A stretch of 54,700 nt of DNA from Deltaproteobacteria bacterium (GCA_043785585.1 JAYVXB010000079.1:1-54700), one strand, 5' to 3'. Counted from the first letter of the stretch, positions 1 to 9,349 are shown. The notes: generated from the sequence alone by a model not told the origin. A program made the numbers and translations.

Positions 1-98
1 ACGAGGGCCGGCGTGATGCCGCCCTTACCGATCTGGACGACGGGATCGAGCGCGTGCCCGAGCGCGCGCAGGTAGGAAATGGCCTTCTTCGAGATCAT
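1..98 (-). CDS. yhbY: YhbY/CRM-domain RNA-binding protein, N-terminal part only (gene runs off the left edge)
   Basis: My own minus-strand translation from the ATG at 98 gives [33 protein letters not shown]. This resembles the conserved LxxLAHxLxPVVxIGKxGlT start of YhbY-family proteins. GGAG lies 6 nt upstream of the ATG. It is absent from the supplied ORF track. Confidence 0.5.
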   Translation of the reverse strand, partial: [32 protein letters not shown]

Positions 99-168
99 GT
101 AGAGCTCCGGTGCGAGAGTGCGGCAGCCCGACCTCTAGCACGCCGGGCTGGTACAACTCTCGATCCGC

Positions 169-1173
169 ATGCACCCGGAGCCGTCCGCGCCCTCTCGCCG
201 CCTCGCGCCGACGCTCGCGCGCGTCGGCGCCGGCGTGCTCGGGCTCCTCTTCGTCGCGTACATGGTTCACAGAACGGGCCCCGACGTGATCCTTCTCGCG
301 CTGCGTCCGGCGTGGCGCTGGCTACCGCTCGTGCTGGTGTTCGATCTCGCGCGCATCGCCACCGAGTCGCTCGCGACGCGCTACGCCTACGGCGCGCGCG
401 GTCACCTCGTGCCGTGGTCGATGCTCGCGCGTGCGCAGCTCGTCGGCTACGCCGTGGCGGCCGTGATGCCGGCGGGGCGGACGTCGTCGGAGGCCGTGAA
501 GGTCGCGATGCTCGGGCCCTACGCCGGCATCCCCGCGGCGGTGGCGGCCGGGGCGACGAACCAGGCCGTCACGCTCATCGTCGGCGGCGTCGTCTCGGTG
601 CCGTGCGCGGCGGCGGCGTGGCATATCACCGGGCTCTCCGCGGTGACGTCGATGCTCCTCGTGCAGGCCGCCGTGCTCACGGCGTGCGGCCTCGCCATTC
701 GCGCGGCGGCCCGCCGCGAGAGCGCGATTGGCACGCGGATCGCCGCGCGCTTCGGCATCAGCCTCGCGGAGTTCCGCGCGACGTCGCGCGACGTCGCGCT
801 CCTGCCGCGCGGCCCGACCGGCGCGATGCTGGTCGGCCGCGTCTTCCAGCTCGGCGCGTTCGCCGTCCTCGCGCACGCCGTGGGCGTGGACCTCTCGATC
901 GCGCGCGTCTTCTACGCGCAGGGCATCAGCATGATCGCGCTCGCGGTCGGCGTCCTCCTGCCCGGCCAGCTCGGCGCCGCGGACGGCGCGTTCGCCGCGT
1001 CGGCCGAGCCGCTCGGCACCTCGGTCGCGGCGGCGCTGTCGATCGCGCTCCTCATCCACGTGATGCAGATCGTCTGGGTGGCGATCGGCGCAGCCGTCCT
1101 CTTGTGGTGGCGCGCGCACGCGCCGCCGCCCCCGCCAGTAAGCCCGCCGCACCTCGAGAGAGAGCCGCGTTAG
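169..1173 (+). CDS. Polytopic membrane protein, flippase-like / lysyl-PG-synthase TM-domain (UPF0104) family, Pro-rich C-terminal tail
   Basis: ORF 169..1173 with an ATG at 169. It has multiple hydrophobic helices, a PGQLGAADGAF motif near the C-terminus as in UPF0104-type proteins, and good GC3 bias. The family call is from memory and was not searched. Confidence 0.6.
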   Translation: MHPEPSAPSRRLAPTLARVGAGVLGLLFVAYMVHRTGPDVILLALRPAWRWLPLVLVFDLARIATESLATRYAYGARGHLVPWSMLARAQLVGYAVAAVMPAGRTSSEAVKVAMLGPYAGIPAAVAAGATNQAVTLIVGGVVSVPCAAAAWHITGLSAVTSMLLVQAAVLTACGLAIRAAARRESAIGTRIAARFGISLAEFRATSRDVALLPRGPTGAMLVGRVFQLGAFAVLAHAVGVDLSIARVFYAQGISMIALAVGVLLPGQLGAADGAFAASAEPLGTSVAAALSIALLIHVMQIVWVAIGAAVLLWWRAHAPPPPPVSPPHLEREPR

Positions 1174-2300
1174 AACAAGCGCGCGGCCGTGTCGTCCGTG
1201 AAGAGCCACGCCGCGCGCGGGACGCGGAGGCGGCCATCCTCGCGCACCAGCCGCCCGCGCGCCGCGAGCTGCTCGGCCGCGCGCACGCGTTCGGTCGTCC
1301 ACGGGTCGATGCCGAGCGCGCGCCCGGCCTCGTCGAGATCGAAGCCCGCGGCCAGGCGCAGGCCGAGCATGATGCGTTCGCGGAGGAGCGTGAGCGCGTC
1401 CAGCGGCTCGCGGCTCTCTTCCGTCGCGGTCTTCGCGCCCTGCACGTATTTGCGCGGATCGATCGGGTTTCGATACCGCGCGCCCCGGGCGAAGCCGTAC
1501 GCCGCGCAGCCGAGGCCCACGTACTCCTCGCCGCGCCAGTACCCCAGGTTGTGCCGCGCCTCCTCGCCGTCGCGCGCGTAATTGGAGATCTCGTAGTGAC
1601 GGAGGCCGCGCGCGACGAGCGCCTCGTCGATGGCGAGGAACGCGTCGGCGACGGCGCCGTCGTCGGCGAGCGGCAGCCGCCCGCGCTTGGCCAGCTCGCC
1701 GAAGCGCGTCCCCGGCTCGATCGTGAGCTGGTAGCAAGACAGGTGCGCGAGGCCCATGTCCGCCAGCTCGGTCGCCTGAGCGCGCGCGTCCTCCGGCGAC
1801 TGGCCGGGGAGACCGAAGATGAGATCCGTCGACACGCGCGCGACCTCGGCGAGCGCGCCCTCGATCGCACGCCGCGCGCCGTTGGGGTCGTGCAGCCGCC
1901 CGAGGTGCGTGAGCTGGTCCTGGCGGAGCGACTGCGTGCCGATCGAGACGCGCCCGACGCCGACGTCGACGAGCGCGCGGGCGCGGTCACGATCGAGCGA
2001 CGTCGGGTTGCACTCGACGGTCACCTCGAGATCGGCCGCCACGCGCGCGCGCGCCTTCACGCCGTCGAGCACGCGCCCGAGCTCCTTCGGGTCCCAGAGG
2101 CTGGGCGTCCCGCCGCCGAAGAAGACGCTCGCGACCTCGCGCCCCTCGAAGAGCTCGGCGCGCGCGGACAGCTCAGCCAACACCGCGTCGGCGTAGCCGG
2201 CGTGATCGATTCGGTCTTTTTCCTCGGCGTACGAGACGAAGTCGCAGTACGGGCACTTCGCTAAGCACCACGGAAAGTGGATGTAAACGGACGCGCGCAT
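1170..2300 (-). CDS. hemW: Radical SAM family heme chaperone HemW (HemN-like, oxygen-independent coproporphyrinogen oxidase family)
   Basis: This is the C-terminal 376 aa of ORF 1170..3458. MRASVYIHFPWCLAKCPYCDF carries the CxxxCxxC radical-SAM motif and FFGGGTPS follows. I verified the ATG at 2300 in the DNA. The upstream part of the ORF is antisense to relA and is rejected. Confidence 0.85.
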   Translation of the reverse strand: MRASVYIHFPWCLAKCPYCDFVSYAEEKDRIDHAGYADAVLAELSARAELFEGREVASVFFGGGTPSLWDPKELGRVLDGVKARARVAADLEVTVECNPTSLDRDRARALVDVGVGRVSIGTQSLRQDQLTHLGRLHDPNGARRAIEGALAEVARVSTDLIFGLPGQSPEDARAQATELADMGLAHLSCYQLTIEPGTRFGELAKRGRLPLADDGAVADAFLAIDEALVARGLRHYEISNYARDGEEARHNLGYWRGEEYVGLGCAAYGFARGARYRNPIDPRKYVQGAKTATEESREPLDALTLLRERIMLGLRLAAGFDLDEAGRALGIDPWTTERVRAAEQLAARGRLVREDGRLRVPRAAWLFTDDTAARLF

Positions 2301-2393
2301 GGCCTGAAGCACCTCAATCGAGCTCCAAGCGCTCAATACCCCCAATTGCCGGAGAGAGGGTGCGGTGTTACGTTTTAAGACAATTCCCCGTAA

Positions 2394-4559
2394 ATGTTGC
2401 AGGTCGAACACATCGTCGAGCGAGTTAGGGCCTACCAGCCCGCGGCCGACGCCGAGCTCATCAAGCGCGCGTACGACTACAGCTTCAAGATGCACGCCGG
2501 GCAGATGCGGAAGAGCGGGGATCCGTATTTCGTTCATCCGGCGAGCGTCGCCGGCATCATCACCGAGCTGAGGCTCGACACCGCGAGCGTCTGCGCGGGG
2601 CTCCTCCATGACGTCGTCGAGGACACGCTCGCGTCGACGGCCGACATCGAGCGCGAGTTCGGCGTCGAGATCGCGCACCTCGTCGACGGCGTCACGAAGC
2701 TCAGCAAGATCAACTTCACGAGCAAGGAGGACCGTCAGGCGGAGAATTTCCGCAAGATGGTCGTCGCGATGGCGCAGGACATCCGCGTCCTGCTCGTCAA
2801 GCTGTGCGATCGCATCGACAACATGCGGACGCTCGAGCACATGAGCCGCGAGTCGCAGGAGCGCATCGCCCGCGAGACGATGGAGATCTACGCGCCCCTG
2901 GCCAACCGCCTCGGCATGCAGAACTTCAAGAGCGAGCTCGAGGACCTCTCTTTCAAGTACCTCGAGCCCGACGCCTACACGGACTTGGCGAGCGCCATCA
3001 CGCGCACGAAGCGCGAGCGCGACAAGTACATCGCCGAGGTCTGCAAGACCCTCTCGGCGCGCCTGGCCGAGCAGGGCTTCGCCTCCGACGTCACGGGGCG
3101 CGCGAAGCACCTCTATTCGATCTGGCGCAAGATGCAGTCGCAGCAGTGCACGCTCGAGCAGATCCACGACATGATCGCGTTCCGCGTGCTCGTGGAGAGC
3201 GTCAGCGACTGCTACGCGGCCCTCGGCGTCATCCACTCCAAGTGGACCCCGGTGCCGGGGCGCTTCAAGGACTACATCGCGCTGCCCAAGCCGAACATGT
3301 ACCAGTCGCTCCACACGACGGTCATCGGCCCGGGACGGGAGCGCGTCGAGGTGCAGATCCGCACCCACGAGATGCACCGCGTCGCCGAGCGCGGCATCGC
3401 GGCGCACTGGAAGTACAAAGAGAAGGGCGGGGGCGGCGTCGCCGACGCCGACGCGCAAAAATTCGGGTGGCTCCGCCAGCTGATGGAGTGGCAGAAGGAG
3501 CTAAAGGACCCGGCCGAGTTCCTCGAAGGGGTGAAGGTCGACCTCTTCCAGGGCGAGGTCTACGTCTTCACGCCCAAGGGCGACGTCCGCGTCTTCCCGC
3601 GCGGCGCCACGCCCATCGACTTCGCGTTCGGGATCCACTCGCAGCTCGGCGAGCACATCACCGGCGCGCGCATCAACGGCAAGATCGAGCCGCTCCGCTA
3701 CAAGCTCCGGAACGGCGACATCGTCGAGGTCATGACGTCGGCGACGCAGCAGCCGAACAAAGACTGGCTCGACATCGTCGGCACGACGCGCGCGAAGGCG
3801 AAGATCCGCAACTACCTGCGCCTCGAGCAGCGCGACAAGTCGCTGCGCCTCGGGCGCGAGCTGCTCGAGCGCGAGCTTCACAAGGCGACGGTCTCGCTGA
3901 ACAAGCTCCTCAAGAACGACAACGAGCTCCGCAAGGTGCTCGAGCAGCTGAAGGTGCAGTCGGCCGAGGAGCTCTTCGTCGGCATCGGCTACGGCAAGAT
4001 CGACCCGCAGGAGGTGCTCGCCGTCGTCGCGCCGCCGGAGGAGGACGGGCGCGAGAGCAAGCCGCCGGACCAGCTCCGCGAGGGGCGCGTCGCCAACTTC
4101 GTCCGCAAGGTCATCAAGCGTGACGAGGGCGGCATCCGCCTCAACGGCATCGACGACGTCCTCGTCCGCTACGCGCGGTGCTGCAACCCGCTCCCCGGGG
4201 ACGACATCCTGGGCTTCATCACGCGCGGTCGCGGCGTCACGATCCACCGGCGTGGCTGCCAGAAGGCATTCGACACGGACCCGGAGCGCCGCGTCGAGAT
4301 CGCGTGGGACAGCAAGGCCAAGATCAACCGCAGCGTCCAGCTGCGCGTCGTCACCGCGAACAGGCCGGGCATCCTCGCGACCGTCGGGCACACGTTCAGC
4401 GCGCAGGGCATCAACATCAGCGAAGCCAACTGTCGCGCGAGCGACGACGGGCGCGCGACGAACATCTTCACGTTCAACTGTTCGGACCTGAATCAGCTCA
4501 AGAGCGTGATGCGCGCGCTTCAGAAAGTGCAGGGCGTCGTCGCGGTGGAGAGGGCCTGA
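2394..4559 (+). CDS. relA: Bifunctional (p)ppGpp synthetase/hydrolase RelA/SpoT (HD, RelA_SpoT, TGS, ACT domains)
   Basis: 721-aa ORF. It shows the HD hydrolase motif (HDVVEDT), the synthetase region (YIALPKPNMYQSLHTTV), a TGS-like segment (VYVFTPKGDV) and a C-terminal ACT-like segment. Confidence 0.95.
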   Translation: MLQVEHIVERVRAYQPAADAELIKRAYDYSFKMHAGQMRKSGDPYFVHPASVAGIITELRLDTASVCAGLLHDVVEDTLASTADIEREFGVEIAHLVDGVTKLSKINFTSKEDRQAENFRKMVVAMAQDIRVLLVKLCDRIDNMRTLEHMSRESQERIARETMEIYAPLANRLGMQNFKSELEDLSFKYLEPDAYTDLASAITRTKRERDKYIAEVCKTLSARLAEQGFASDVTGRAKHLYSIWRKMQSQQCTLEQIHDMIAFRVLVESVSDCYAALGVIHSKWTPVPGRFKDYIALPKPNMYQSLHTTVIGPGRERVEVQIRTHEMHRVAERGIAAHWKYKEKGGGGVADADAQKFGWLRQLMEWQKELKDPAEFLEGVKVDLFQGEVYVFTPKGDVRVFPRGATPIDFAFGIHSQLGEHITGARINGKIEPLRYKLRNGDIVEVMTSATQQPNKDWLDIVGTTRAKAKIRNYLRLEQRDKSLRLGRELLERELHKATVSLNKLLKNDNELRKVLEQLKVQSAEELFVGIGYGKIDPQEVLAVVAPPEEDGRESKPPDQLREGRVANFVRKVIKRDEGGIRLNGIDDVLVRYARCCNPLPGDDILGFITRGRGVTIHRRGCQKAFDTDPERRVEIAWDSKAKINRSVQLRVVTANRPGILATVGHTFSAQGINISEANCRASDDGRATNIFTFNCSDLNQLKSVMRALQKVQGVVAVERA

Positions 4560-4620
4560 GAGCGTCGCCACGCGCTGTCCGTATCGTGGGTCGTCGGCGG
4601 TGGTGCCGGCGCTGCCGCCG

Positions 4621-6747
4621 TCACCTCAGCTCGAAGACGTAGCTGCGATCGTAGGTCTCGACGAGAAGGCGCGCGCCGTCGACTGTGATGCTGTCGGGAC
4701 CCGAGTCGACCGGCGACTTCGACATGGTCTTGCCATCGCTGCGCCGTACGACGAATAGGAAATCCGGCTCCGCCGTGAAGCCGTAGCCGGTGATGAGGTA
4801 GTCACCGGCGAGCACGAACGTGGAGTTGCAGACGAGCGGATCGCTGCGCCACAAGAGGCGCCCGCTCGCGGCGTCGAGCGCGGAGAGGAAGCCCTTCTTG
4901 CCGCCGACCTCCTTCGCGTACGAGCCGCCGCCGTTGCACACGTAGAGCACGCCGTCCTGCGCGAGCGCGTACGTCAGGTCTTCGACGGCGAACTCTCTCC
5001 ACTGCGCGCTCGGGTTCGGCGGATGGCGGAACGCGTCGAGGTCGAAGACGTGCTCGGTCACGCCGTCGTTCAAGAGCGCGAGGTAGCGGCCGCCGTAGAC
5101 GAGCATCGAGCGGCCGGGACCGCCGAGCGGCGCCGGCAAGAACGCGCTCAAGTCCTCCATGCCGTACGACGGCGGGATCTCCGGCGCGCCGGGCGGCAGC
5201 ACGCCGTGCTCGACCGGCGCGAGGAAAAATGGACGATCGGGCGAAAAAACACGGCTCAGCGAGCGGACCTCGCTCGCCTTCTTCTTCTCACGGAGGACGA
5301 GCGCCGGCGGCTTGCCGGCGCTCCGAGGGGGCGGCGCCGCTGGGCCTTGATAGGTCCACGGCGGCGCCGGCAGGACGATCGGATCGACCGTCGTGAGGTC
5401 GACCTTCCGCGCGCCCTTGGCTTGCGCCTCCAGGTGGTCGCGCGCCGCGGCGAGGCCCTGGTCGAGGAAGCGCTCGCTCGGGCTGTGGCGCATCTCCTCC
5501 ATGGCGCTCCTGAGCGTCGCGAGGTCGCGCCGATCGATCGCGGCGGTTGCTACGCTTGACCAGCAGCGCGCCGCCTTGCGGTCGACGGTGACCGCGGCCT
5601 CGGCGTCCGCCAGCTCGGCGGGGAGCGCCGCGGGGAGGGCGGCGACGCTCTCGAACACGTAGTCGGTGTCGTACGTGCGAACGAAGACCTTGTCGCCCTT
5701 GCCGACGATCGCGCTCGGGCCGCTCTTGAGCGGGAGCTTCTGCTCGGCGCCCCCGCGCGCCGCGTCGAGGACGAACAGGAAATCCGGCTCCGCCGTGAAG
5801 CCGTAGCCGGCGACGATCGAGCGCCCCGCGACGAGCAAGTTCGCGTTCGACGTGAGCGGCTCGCTCGACCAGAGCACGCGCCCGCTCGCCGCGTCGAACG
5901 CAACGACGTAGCCGGTCTTGCCGCCGACCTCTTTGGCGTACCCGTTGATCGCCAGCGCGAGGTAGAGCGTGCCGCCGGCGAGGTGCGCGTACTCGACCTC
6001 GAGCGCCCGCCCCTTCGTCGCCGTCGCGCGGCTCGCGTCGAAGACCCGCGGGCGCTTGCCGGGCGCCGACGCCACGAGAAACCGGGTCCCGTAGAGCGCG
6101 ACGTCGTGATCGGCGTGCGGATAGAGCGCGCGCAGGGGTGCGCCGCGGAAGGCGCTGGCGACGTGATCGGGGAGCGGCTCGGGTCCCCCGCGCCAGACCG
6201 GCGGCGTGAGCGCGTTTATTTTGTACCAATCGGCGTCGTCGACGATGAGGTTCTTCTTCTCCGACGCGAGCCGGAGGCGGACGGGCGCTGCGCCCGGCGG
6301 GACCTTCGCCTCGGCGACCTGCGCGCGCGCGAGCGGGGCGGGCTCGAGCGCCGTCACGGGCACGTCCGCTTCGTCGGCCGCCGACGCGTTCGCCTTGGCG
6401 AGCTTCGCGCGGCTCGCCTCCAAGAGCATCGCCGACGCCAGATCCTGCGGCCGCTGCCGTACGATCTCGGAGAATCGCGCGACCGCGTAGGACGCGCGGT
6501 CCGTCAGGAGCGCGTCGATCGCGCGCGCGCGCGCCGCCGCCGCCGGCGAGGCGGGCGCCACCTCCGTGCACGTCGCGCGCGGCGCCGCGGGCGGGTCGGT
6601 CGCGATCCCTCTGGATTCGCCGACGGGCGGCTCCGCCGCGACGACGGGTCGGGGAGCCGAGGCGGCGTTCGTCGCGGGCGTCTTGCCGCCGCAGGAGGCG
6701 AGGCACGCGAGCGCGAGAGCGGCTGCACGGCACGAAGGAGCCTTCAT
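4621..6747 (-). CDS. Lipoprotein with two tandem homologous ~230-aa lobes (possible beta-propeller/PQQ-like repeats), function unknown
   Basis: ATG at 6747. The signal peptide has a lipobox (LACLASC). Two internal copies end in YAKEVGGK..DAASGR.LW....YGFTAEPDFLFV...TYD..YVFE. Confidence 0.8.
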   Translation of the reverse strand: MKAPSCRAAALALACLASCGGKTPATNAASAPRPVVAAEPPVGESRGIATDPPAAPRATCTEVAPASPAAAARARAIDALLTDRASYAVARFSEIVRQRPQDLASAMLLEASRAKLAKANASAADEADVPVTALEPAPLARAQVAEAKVPPGAAPVRLRLASEKKNLIVDDADWYKINALTPPVWRGGPEPLPDHVASAFRGAPLRALYPHADHDVALYGTRFLVASAPGKRPRVFDASRATATKGRALEVEYAHLAGGTLYLALAINGYAKEVGGKTGYVVAFDAASGRVLWSSEPLTSNANLLVAGRSIVAGYGFTAEPDFLFVLDAARGGAEQKLPLKSGPSAIVGKGDKVFVRTYDTDYVFESVAALPAALPAELADAEAAVTVDRKAARCWSSVATAAIDRRDLATLRSAMEEMRHSPSERFLDQGLAAARDHLEAQAKGARKVDLTTVDPIVLPAPPWTYQGPAAPPPRSAGKPPALVLREKKKASEVRSLSRVFSPDRPFFLAPVEHGVLPPGAPEIPPSYGMEDLSAFLPAPLGGPGRSMLVYGGRYLALLNDGVTEHVFDLDAFRHPPNPSAQWREFAVEDLTYALAQDGVLYVCNGGGSYAKEVGGKKGFLSALDAASGRLLWRSDPLVCNSTFVLAGDYLITGYGFTAEPDFLFVVRRSDGKTMSKSPVDSGPDSITVDGARLLVETYDRSYVFELR

Positions 6748-6778
6748 GCGCGGATCCTATCTCAAGGCGCGCGCGCGC

Positions 6779-7996
6779 CTACTCGGCGTAAATCTGAATG
6801 CTCGACGCCGCGGCCTGCGCCATGCGGAGCGCCTCGTCCCAGTTCGGGTGCCGCACGAGGAGCCACCCATCGGACAGGAGCGTCTGGCGCCAGTCGCGGC
6901 GCATCGTCCCCGGGCGCGCGAGCTCCTCTTCCCGCACCCAGTGCCCGCACGCGTGCAGCCACTCGTGCAGTCCCTCGATACGCGTGATGCGGCCGTGACC
7001 TTGCGCGCGCTTGAAGATGATCGCCGCGTTGTACTTGCGCTCGGTCTGGCCCTCGAAGGTCTTCCAGCACGCGACGCGCGCCCACTCGCGGAAGAAGTCG
7101 GCGTCGTAGGTGTAGTTCATCTGGTCGACGATCTTCGCGCCGCCGGGCCGCGCGCCGATCTCGCCGAACACCGCTTCGCCGGAGGACGTGAGGAACCACT
7201 CCATGTGCGTGAAGCCGTCATCCATGCCGAGCGCGCCCAGGACCTTTCGCCCAAGATCGATGCCGCCTTGGAGGTGCGGCTGGCTCATGTCGCGCACGGT
7301 GATGCCAACGGGGCTGACCCACTCGTGCAGCTTCATCTCGAGCGGCTTCGGGTAGTACGCCATGACGCTCTCGATCACCGGGCGGCCGCCGATGCAGAGC
7401 GTGTCGAACGTGAACTCCTGGCCGTCGATGTACTCCTCGCAGCTGGCCTCGGGGACGCTGCGGAGCTGCGCGATGGCGCGATCGAGCTCGCCGGGCGCGT
7501 CGACGCGGAACGTGTCCGCGCTCCCGGCGCCGGCGATGGGCTTCAAGATGAGCGGGTAGCCGATCTCCTCGGCGGCCGCGCGCGCCTCGTGCGCCGTGTG
7601 GACGCGTCGCGAGCGCGGCACGCGGAGGCCGGCGCGCGCGACGCGCTCCTTCATCAGCTGCTTGTCGCGAAAGCCCCGCGCGGTGTCGTAGCTCATGCCG
7701 GGCATGCCCCATCGCTCGCGCAGGCGCGCGGCGAGCTCCACCATCGGCTCCCAGTTGGCGAGCACGCGATCGACCGTGCGCCCCCGCAGCCACGCGGAGA
7801 CGCGGTCCATCACGTCGGCCTCGTCCATGATGCGTGGAACATGCAAGTAGTCGTGGAGGTACGGCTTCACCTCCGCCGGCAGGTTGCTCTGCGGCGTGTC
7901 GGCGACGCCGTACACCTCAGCGCCGACCTCCGCGAGGCCGCGCGTGTACTGCACCATTTCCGGCGGGTACGCGGGCGAGAGGAAGACGACGCGCAT
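6779..7996 (-). CDS. ATP-grasp domain protein (carboxylate-amine ligase type)
   Basis: 405-aa ORF with an ATG at 7996. It has the ATP-grasp pattern (DKQLMKERVARAGLRVP, GYPLILKPIAGAGS, EEYIDGQEF). Confidence 0.85.
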   Translation of the reverse strand: MRVVFLSPAYPPEMVQYTRGLAEVGAEVYGVADTPQSNLPAEVKPYLHDYLHVPRIMDEADVMDRVSAWLRGRTVDRVLANWEPMVELAARLRERWGMPGMSYDTARGFRDKQLMKERVARAGLRVPRSRRVHTAHEARAAAEEIGYPLILKPIAGAGSADTFRVDAPGELDRAIAQLRSVPEASCEEYIDGQEFTFDTLCIGGRPVIESVMAYYPKPLEMKLHEWVSPVGITVRDMSQPHLQGGIDLGRKVLGALGMDDGFTHMEWFLTSSGEAVFGEIGARPGGAKIVDQMNYTYDADFFREWARVACWKTFEGQTERKYNAAIIFKRAQGHGRITRIEGLHEWLHACGHWVREEELARPGTMRRDWRQTLLSDGWLLVRHPNWDEALRMAQAAASSIQIYAE

Positions 7997-8017
7997 GAGG
8001 GCGGCCGATCGGCCGAA

Positions 8018-8893
8018 TTACTCGCCTGTCTGATGGGCCTTCTGCTGCGCGCCGCGATACATTCCGCCGAGCCCGCAGAAGATCCCGATGCCGACGCCCT
8101 GCGCGCCGAGGAAGATCGCGCTCGAGAAGTCGAGGCTCTCGAGGACGAGGCCGAGGGCGAGGTCGCCCGCGCCATAGATGACCGACGCGCCGATGACGAC
8201 GCCGGTGATCAGGCCGCGTCCCGCCCTGGTGAACAGCGCGCTGCCGTAGCCGGCGCCGGCGAAGGAGAGCGCGGTCGACGCGTACCAGATGTACCCGCCG
8301 ACGCCGGGGATCGAGATCTTCGTGAAGATCACGTCGAAGACGAGCGCGACCACCACGGCGCCGATCCCCATGACGAACGCGAGCGCCGCGGGCATGCCGC
8401 CCGCCTTGCCTGCGGGGAGGCCGAGCCCGCCCTGCGGCGGCGGCGCCTGCTGCTGCTGGCCGTACCCCTGCTGCGGCGGCTGCCCGTACTGCTGCGGCGG
8501 CTGCCCGTACTGCTGCGGCGCGGGCGCTTGCCCGTACGGTTGCGGCTGCTGCGGCATGCCCGTCGGCTGCGTCGACGGGTTCGGCGGCCCGTACTGCGCG
8601 GGCGCGGGCGTCTGCGCGTATTGCGGCGGTTGACCGTACGGCTGCGCCGCGGTCGGCTGTCCGTAGGCCTGCGGCGGCTGTCCGTAGCCCTGCTGCGGCG
8701 GGTACTGCTGCGGTTGCTGCGGCGGCTGTCCGTACTGCTGCTGCGGTGGCTGCTGCGGCTGTCCGTATTGCTGCGGTTGCTGCGGTGGCTGCTGCGGCTG
8801 TCCGTACTGCGGCTGCTGGGGCTGCCCGTATCCCGGTTGAGGGTAACCGGATTGACCGGGCGGGGGGCCACCTTGGCCGGGGGGCTGGTACAT
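8018..8893 (-). CDS. Membrane protein with ~155-aa N-terminal Pro/Gln/Tyr/Gly repeat region and C-terminal multi-TM domain
   Basis: ORF 8018..8929. The likely start is the ATG at 8893 (MYQPPGQGG). It contains repeated YGQPPQQ units and then 3-4 hydrophobic helices. Confidence 0.7.
   Translation of the reverse strand: MYQPPGQGGPPPGQSGYPQPGYGQPQQPQYGQPQQPPQQPQQYGQPQQPPQQQYGQPPQQPQQYPPQQGYGQPPQAYGQPTAAQPYGQPPQYAQTPAPAQYGPPNPSTQPTGMPQQPQPYGQAPAPQQYGQPPQQYGQPPQQGYGQQQQAPPPQGGLGLPAGKAGGMPAALAFVMGIGAVVVALVFDVIFTKISIPGVGGYIWYASTALSFAGAGYGSALFTRAGRGLITGVVIGASVIYGAGDLALGLVLESLDFSSAIFLGAQGVGIGIFCGLGGMYRGAQQKAHQTGE
8430..8890. repeat. Coding low-complexity tandem repeats (21-nt unit ctgctgcggcggctgcccgta and degenerate relatives)
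   Basis: Two exact consecutive 21-nt units are visible around 8468-8510. Degenerate units (ctgctgcggYKgctgYccgtaYtg) occur around 8700-8830. They encode the YGQPPQQ repeats on the minus strand. Confidence 0.7.
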
Positions 8894-9018
8894 GAGCGCG
8901 AGCGTACGTGGGCGCGGGGCGCGGAACAATCCCTTGCGCGAAGACGTCGGGCGCGCTTCTCTGTGATGAAGTGGACCCTCGCACGGCGACGCGGAAATTC
9001 GACGTCGCGCCCTGCATC

Positions 9019-9324
9019 ATGCTCGTGGCGCTCTCCGAGGCGGACGCCGACGCGTGCACGCGCGTCCTCAAGCCGCTGACCGCCGGTCGGTCGGTCGCCA
9101 TCATGCGCGTGGCGCACATCAAGGCCGCGTGCGAGCGCATGCTCGTCACCCGCCCCATCCTCGTCATCTACGCAGAGGCCCTCGGGGGCGAAGAGCGCAG
9201 GCTCGTCGTCGAGCGGGCGCAAGACATCTCGGCGATCACCTTCGTTCTGCGACCGACGACCGACGACGCCACCCTGCAGGCCAAGCTGGGCGAGGCGCTG
9301 AAGCAGGCCGACCAGCCCGTTTGA
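9019..9324 (+). CDS. Small hypothetical protein (~101 aa)
   Basis: This is the 3' part of ORF 8908..9324, with an internal ATG at 9019 (MLVALSEADADAC). GC3 bias is acceptable and I recognise no motif. The start is uncertain. Confidence 0.4.
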   Translation: MLVALSEADADACTRVLKPLTAGRSVAIMRVAHIKAACERMLVTRPILVIYAEALGGEERRLVVERAQDISAITFVLRPTTDDATLQAKLGEALKQADQPV

Positions 9325-9326
9325 GC

Positions 9327-9349
9327 GTCGCGGACACGGCCTCCGCGAC
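9327..9349. terminator. Hairpin between convergent genes (GTCGCGGA-N7-TCCGCGAC)
   Basis: A perfect 8-bp stem is seen at 9327-9334 / 9342-9349. It sits between the stop of the 9019..9324 ORF and the stop of the RND gene. There is no T-tract. Confidence 0.4.

Noticed and set aside
54-2264. A 736-aa plus-strand ORF, and the 471-aa and 312-aa minus-strand ORFs overlapping 169..2300.
   Set aside because: These are Arg/Ala-rich translations with no motifs. They overlap the well-supported membrane protein and hemW frames and are high-GC frame artefacts.
2301-3458. The N-terminal 386 aa of the 762-aa ORF 1170..3458.
   Set aside because: This part is antisense to relA and has no family resemblance. 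The radical-SAM protein begins at the verified ATG at 2300, right at its CxxxCxxC motif.
4560-4620. A possible bidirectional terminator (CGGCGG...CCGCCG) between relA and the convergent lipoprotein gene.
   Set aside because: The stem is only about 6 bp with mismatches and a long loop. It cannot be distinguished from background GC-rich self-complementarity.
8289-8633. A Cys/Gly-rich ORF (CCGGCPYCCGGCPYCC) that looks like a metallothionein or RiPP precursor.
   Set aside because: It is the reverse-complement reading of the YGQPPQQ repeats. The minus-strand frame continues into a coherent multi-TM domain and has a proper ATG start, so the Cys-rich frame is a mirror artefact.
8430-8890. Possible CRISPR array or non-coding tandem repeat. 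The same question applies to the GGC-rich repeats at about 53700-54500.
   Set aside because: The repeats are contiguous with no unique spacers. They are degenerate, in frame and translate to low-complexity protein segments within long ORFs. No cas genes are present.
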